Shown here: one piece after another, positions 54,684 to 55,955 of the stretch
Position numbering within the stretch: the stretch's first letter is position 1
Layout of the letters: each line of letters begins with the position of its first letter
The notes under the pieces: generated by a model
Databases searched by the model: none
What the model saw: only the letters and a program-made list of their open reading frames with translations
What the model was told of the DNA's origin: nothing
Origin: a virus
Taxonomy: Duplodnaviria > Caudoviricetes
Direction: 5' to 3' (one strand)
DNA: 55,955 nt
Virus record (IMG/VR): IMGVR_UViG_3300044904_000040
Location: 1-55,955 of that record
Program-made: the position numbers and the translations under genes

Positions 54684-55794
54684 TTACGAACCGTATTCTG
54701 GTGCGATATTTTGAATTACTGATTGAATATCTGAATAGCTATTCGCTGAAACGTAAAGAGTCCAGTTTCCAGATGTCAAATCGAAGTTTGTATTTGCCGT
54801 ATCGGCCGCCACGCAAGTATCTTTATTCACCCACATAATGTTGTTTGATGTTCCGGCTATTGAAATAAACCAACGCATAAGGCTAGTGCTTGCAAAATTA
54901 GTCCGAGCGCCATATCCAGGCGAATTATTTGCCGCACTAATCAATGCAGTTCCGCTTCCAATATTGTAATATTGAACCAAATTACCATCATTTTGCGATG
55001 TCGCCAAATAGCCCTGAGAACCACCATTTTTTGATAATCCCAAGCTGAGTCCAACCGTGGTCGCTGACCGCCTAAGTCGTCCAACAAACGCGGTAAGCTG
55101 ACCTGCATTGAATGTGAAGGTGCCAACGCTCGGATACCAATTAGCTGCAGCCCCACCAAGAGTAATTGAAACCGGGGTGCTAGATATTGCGATTGGAACG
55201 ATTTGACTGAATGGTGGAGGCGTTGGTGCTGTGATCTGAACCTTCGCCGCCGGCACATCGCACCATATCGTTGACACGCCTGCCAACGATATCGCCGCGC
55301 CACCATTGCTGGATGACAGCACCGTGGTGCGCGCGATACCGCTCGGATTGAGTTGCGTGATGGTGCCGATGCCGGTTTCCCAATTCACACCATCCCCTGA
55401 GATGATCGCATACCATGTCGTGTTGCCGGCGCCGATCGCGGAGAACGATTGATATTGCGCAACCGGGCCGGTGCAGATCACGGTGCCGGTGCCGGTGGTG
55501 TTGGTTTTCTCCATCGCCCGATCGGCCAACACCAACGCGCTTGCCCCGATCAGTGGGATCCTGCGATTGCGCAGTGCCAGCGAGCGAATGCCGGCAATCG
55601 TGTCCTCGTCGGCAGCCTGGGCGCGAAGTAGCGCAAGCTGCGGGGGAATTTCTGGGGAAGGGGCGGGCGTCGGTGGTGCCGCACCGATAAATGCAGCGGC
55701 GATAAGAGCGCAGGTAGTTCCGCTCGCGGTGACGCCAATAGGGAGAGATGTTTGTGGAGACGTATAATATGGCGATATCGTTAGAATAAGATAC
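54684..55794 (-). CDS. 3' part of the origin-spanning tail fibre/adhesion protein
   Basis: In frame with 542->1; contains LVLADR..E.T.TTGTG...WETGIGT fibre domain and an AT-rich C-terminal domain. Confidence 0.8.
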
Positions 55795-55955
55795 CCCGAA
55801 CCTAAAGCCCCAAGTGTATTGGAACTCTCAAGTATAGTTGAGCCTGCCGGAACTTGAGCGGTAGGAAGTGACCCGTTAGAATTGCAATATGCGGATATTA
55901 CAAATTCCGATGAACCGGAAGTATTTATCGTTGTCGAGATGTTGCCACTTGATCC
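55795..55955 (+). repeat. Terminal direct repeat, copy 2
   Basis: Matches 1..161 with two mismatches. Confidence 0.97.

Larger units (their letters stand above)
1..55955. mobile_element. Complete or near-complete P22-like tailed phage genome (unit length ~55,794 bp), probable alphaproteobacterial host
   Basis: Terminal direct repeat, one gene reading across the join, and a full set of terminase, portal, coat, tail, lysis and replication genes; no host housekeeping genes. Confidence 0.93.

Noticed and set aside
55795-55955. Repeat as the biological terminal redundancy of the virion DNA
   Set aside because: It lies in the middle of a tail gene, far from the terminase and skew switch; more likely an assembly overlap

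Overview
The window is an apparently complete, circularly assembled ~55.8 kb tailed phage genome (161-bp terminal direct repeat) with a P22-like (podoviral) virion module. An alphaproteobacterial host is likely, because it encodes GcrA-like, GapR-like and DUF1376 proteins. The minus-strand late block wraps the contig ends: TerS, TerL, portal, scaffold, P22-type coat, decoration protein, gp4- and gp10-like tail proteins, fibres, four ejection-type proteins and lysis genes. There is a plus-strand early block of small genes (DUF932 and others), a DnaB/DUF1376 replication module, a small serine resolvase, and MTase/HNH/RuvC-like genes. I saw no integrase, DNA or RNA polymerase, reverse transcriptase, tRNA or CRISPR array. 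The most unusual observations are: (1) a divergent PurD-fold ATP-grasp ligase plus a HExxE protein, and a sulfotransferase-like enzyme, inside the virion operon around the ejection genes; (2) two ejection proteins that each carry a ParB/Srx-like domain; (3) a gp10-like tail hub split into two genes by nested lectin/SPRY/FN3 insertions; (4) a Pro-starting class 3 intein in the portal; (5) a four-copy capsid decoration domain; (6) repeated covarying hairpins and extreme A-depletion in the early region. All family assignments come from recalled motifs, not database searches.
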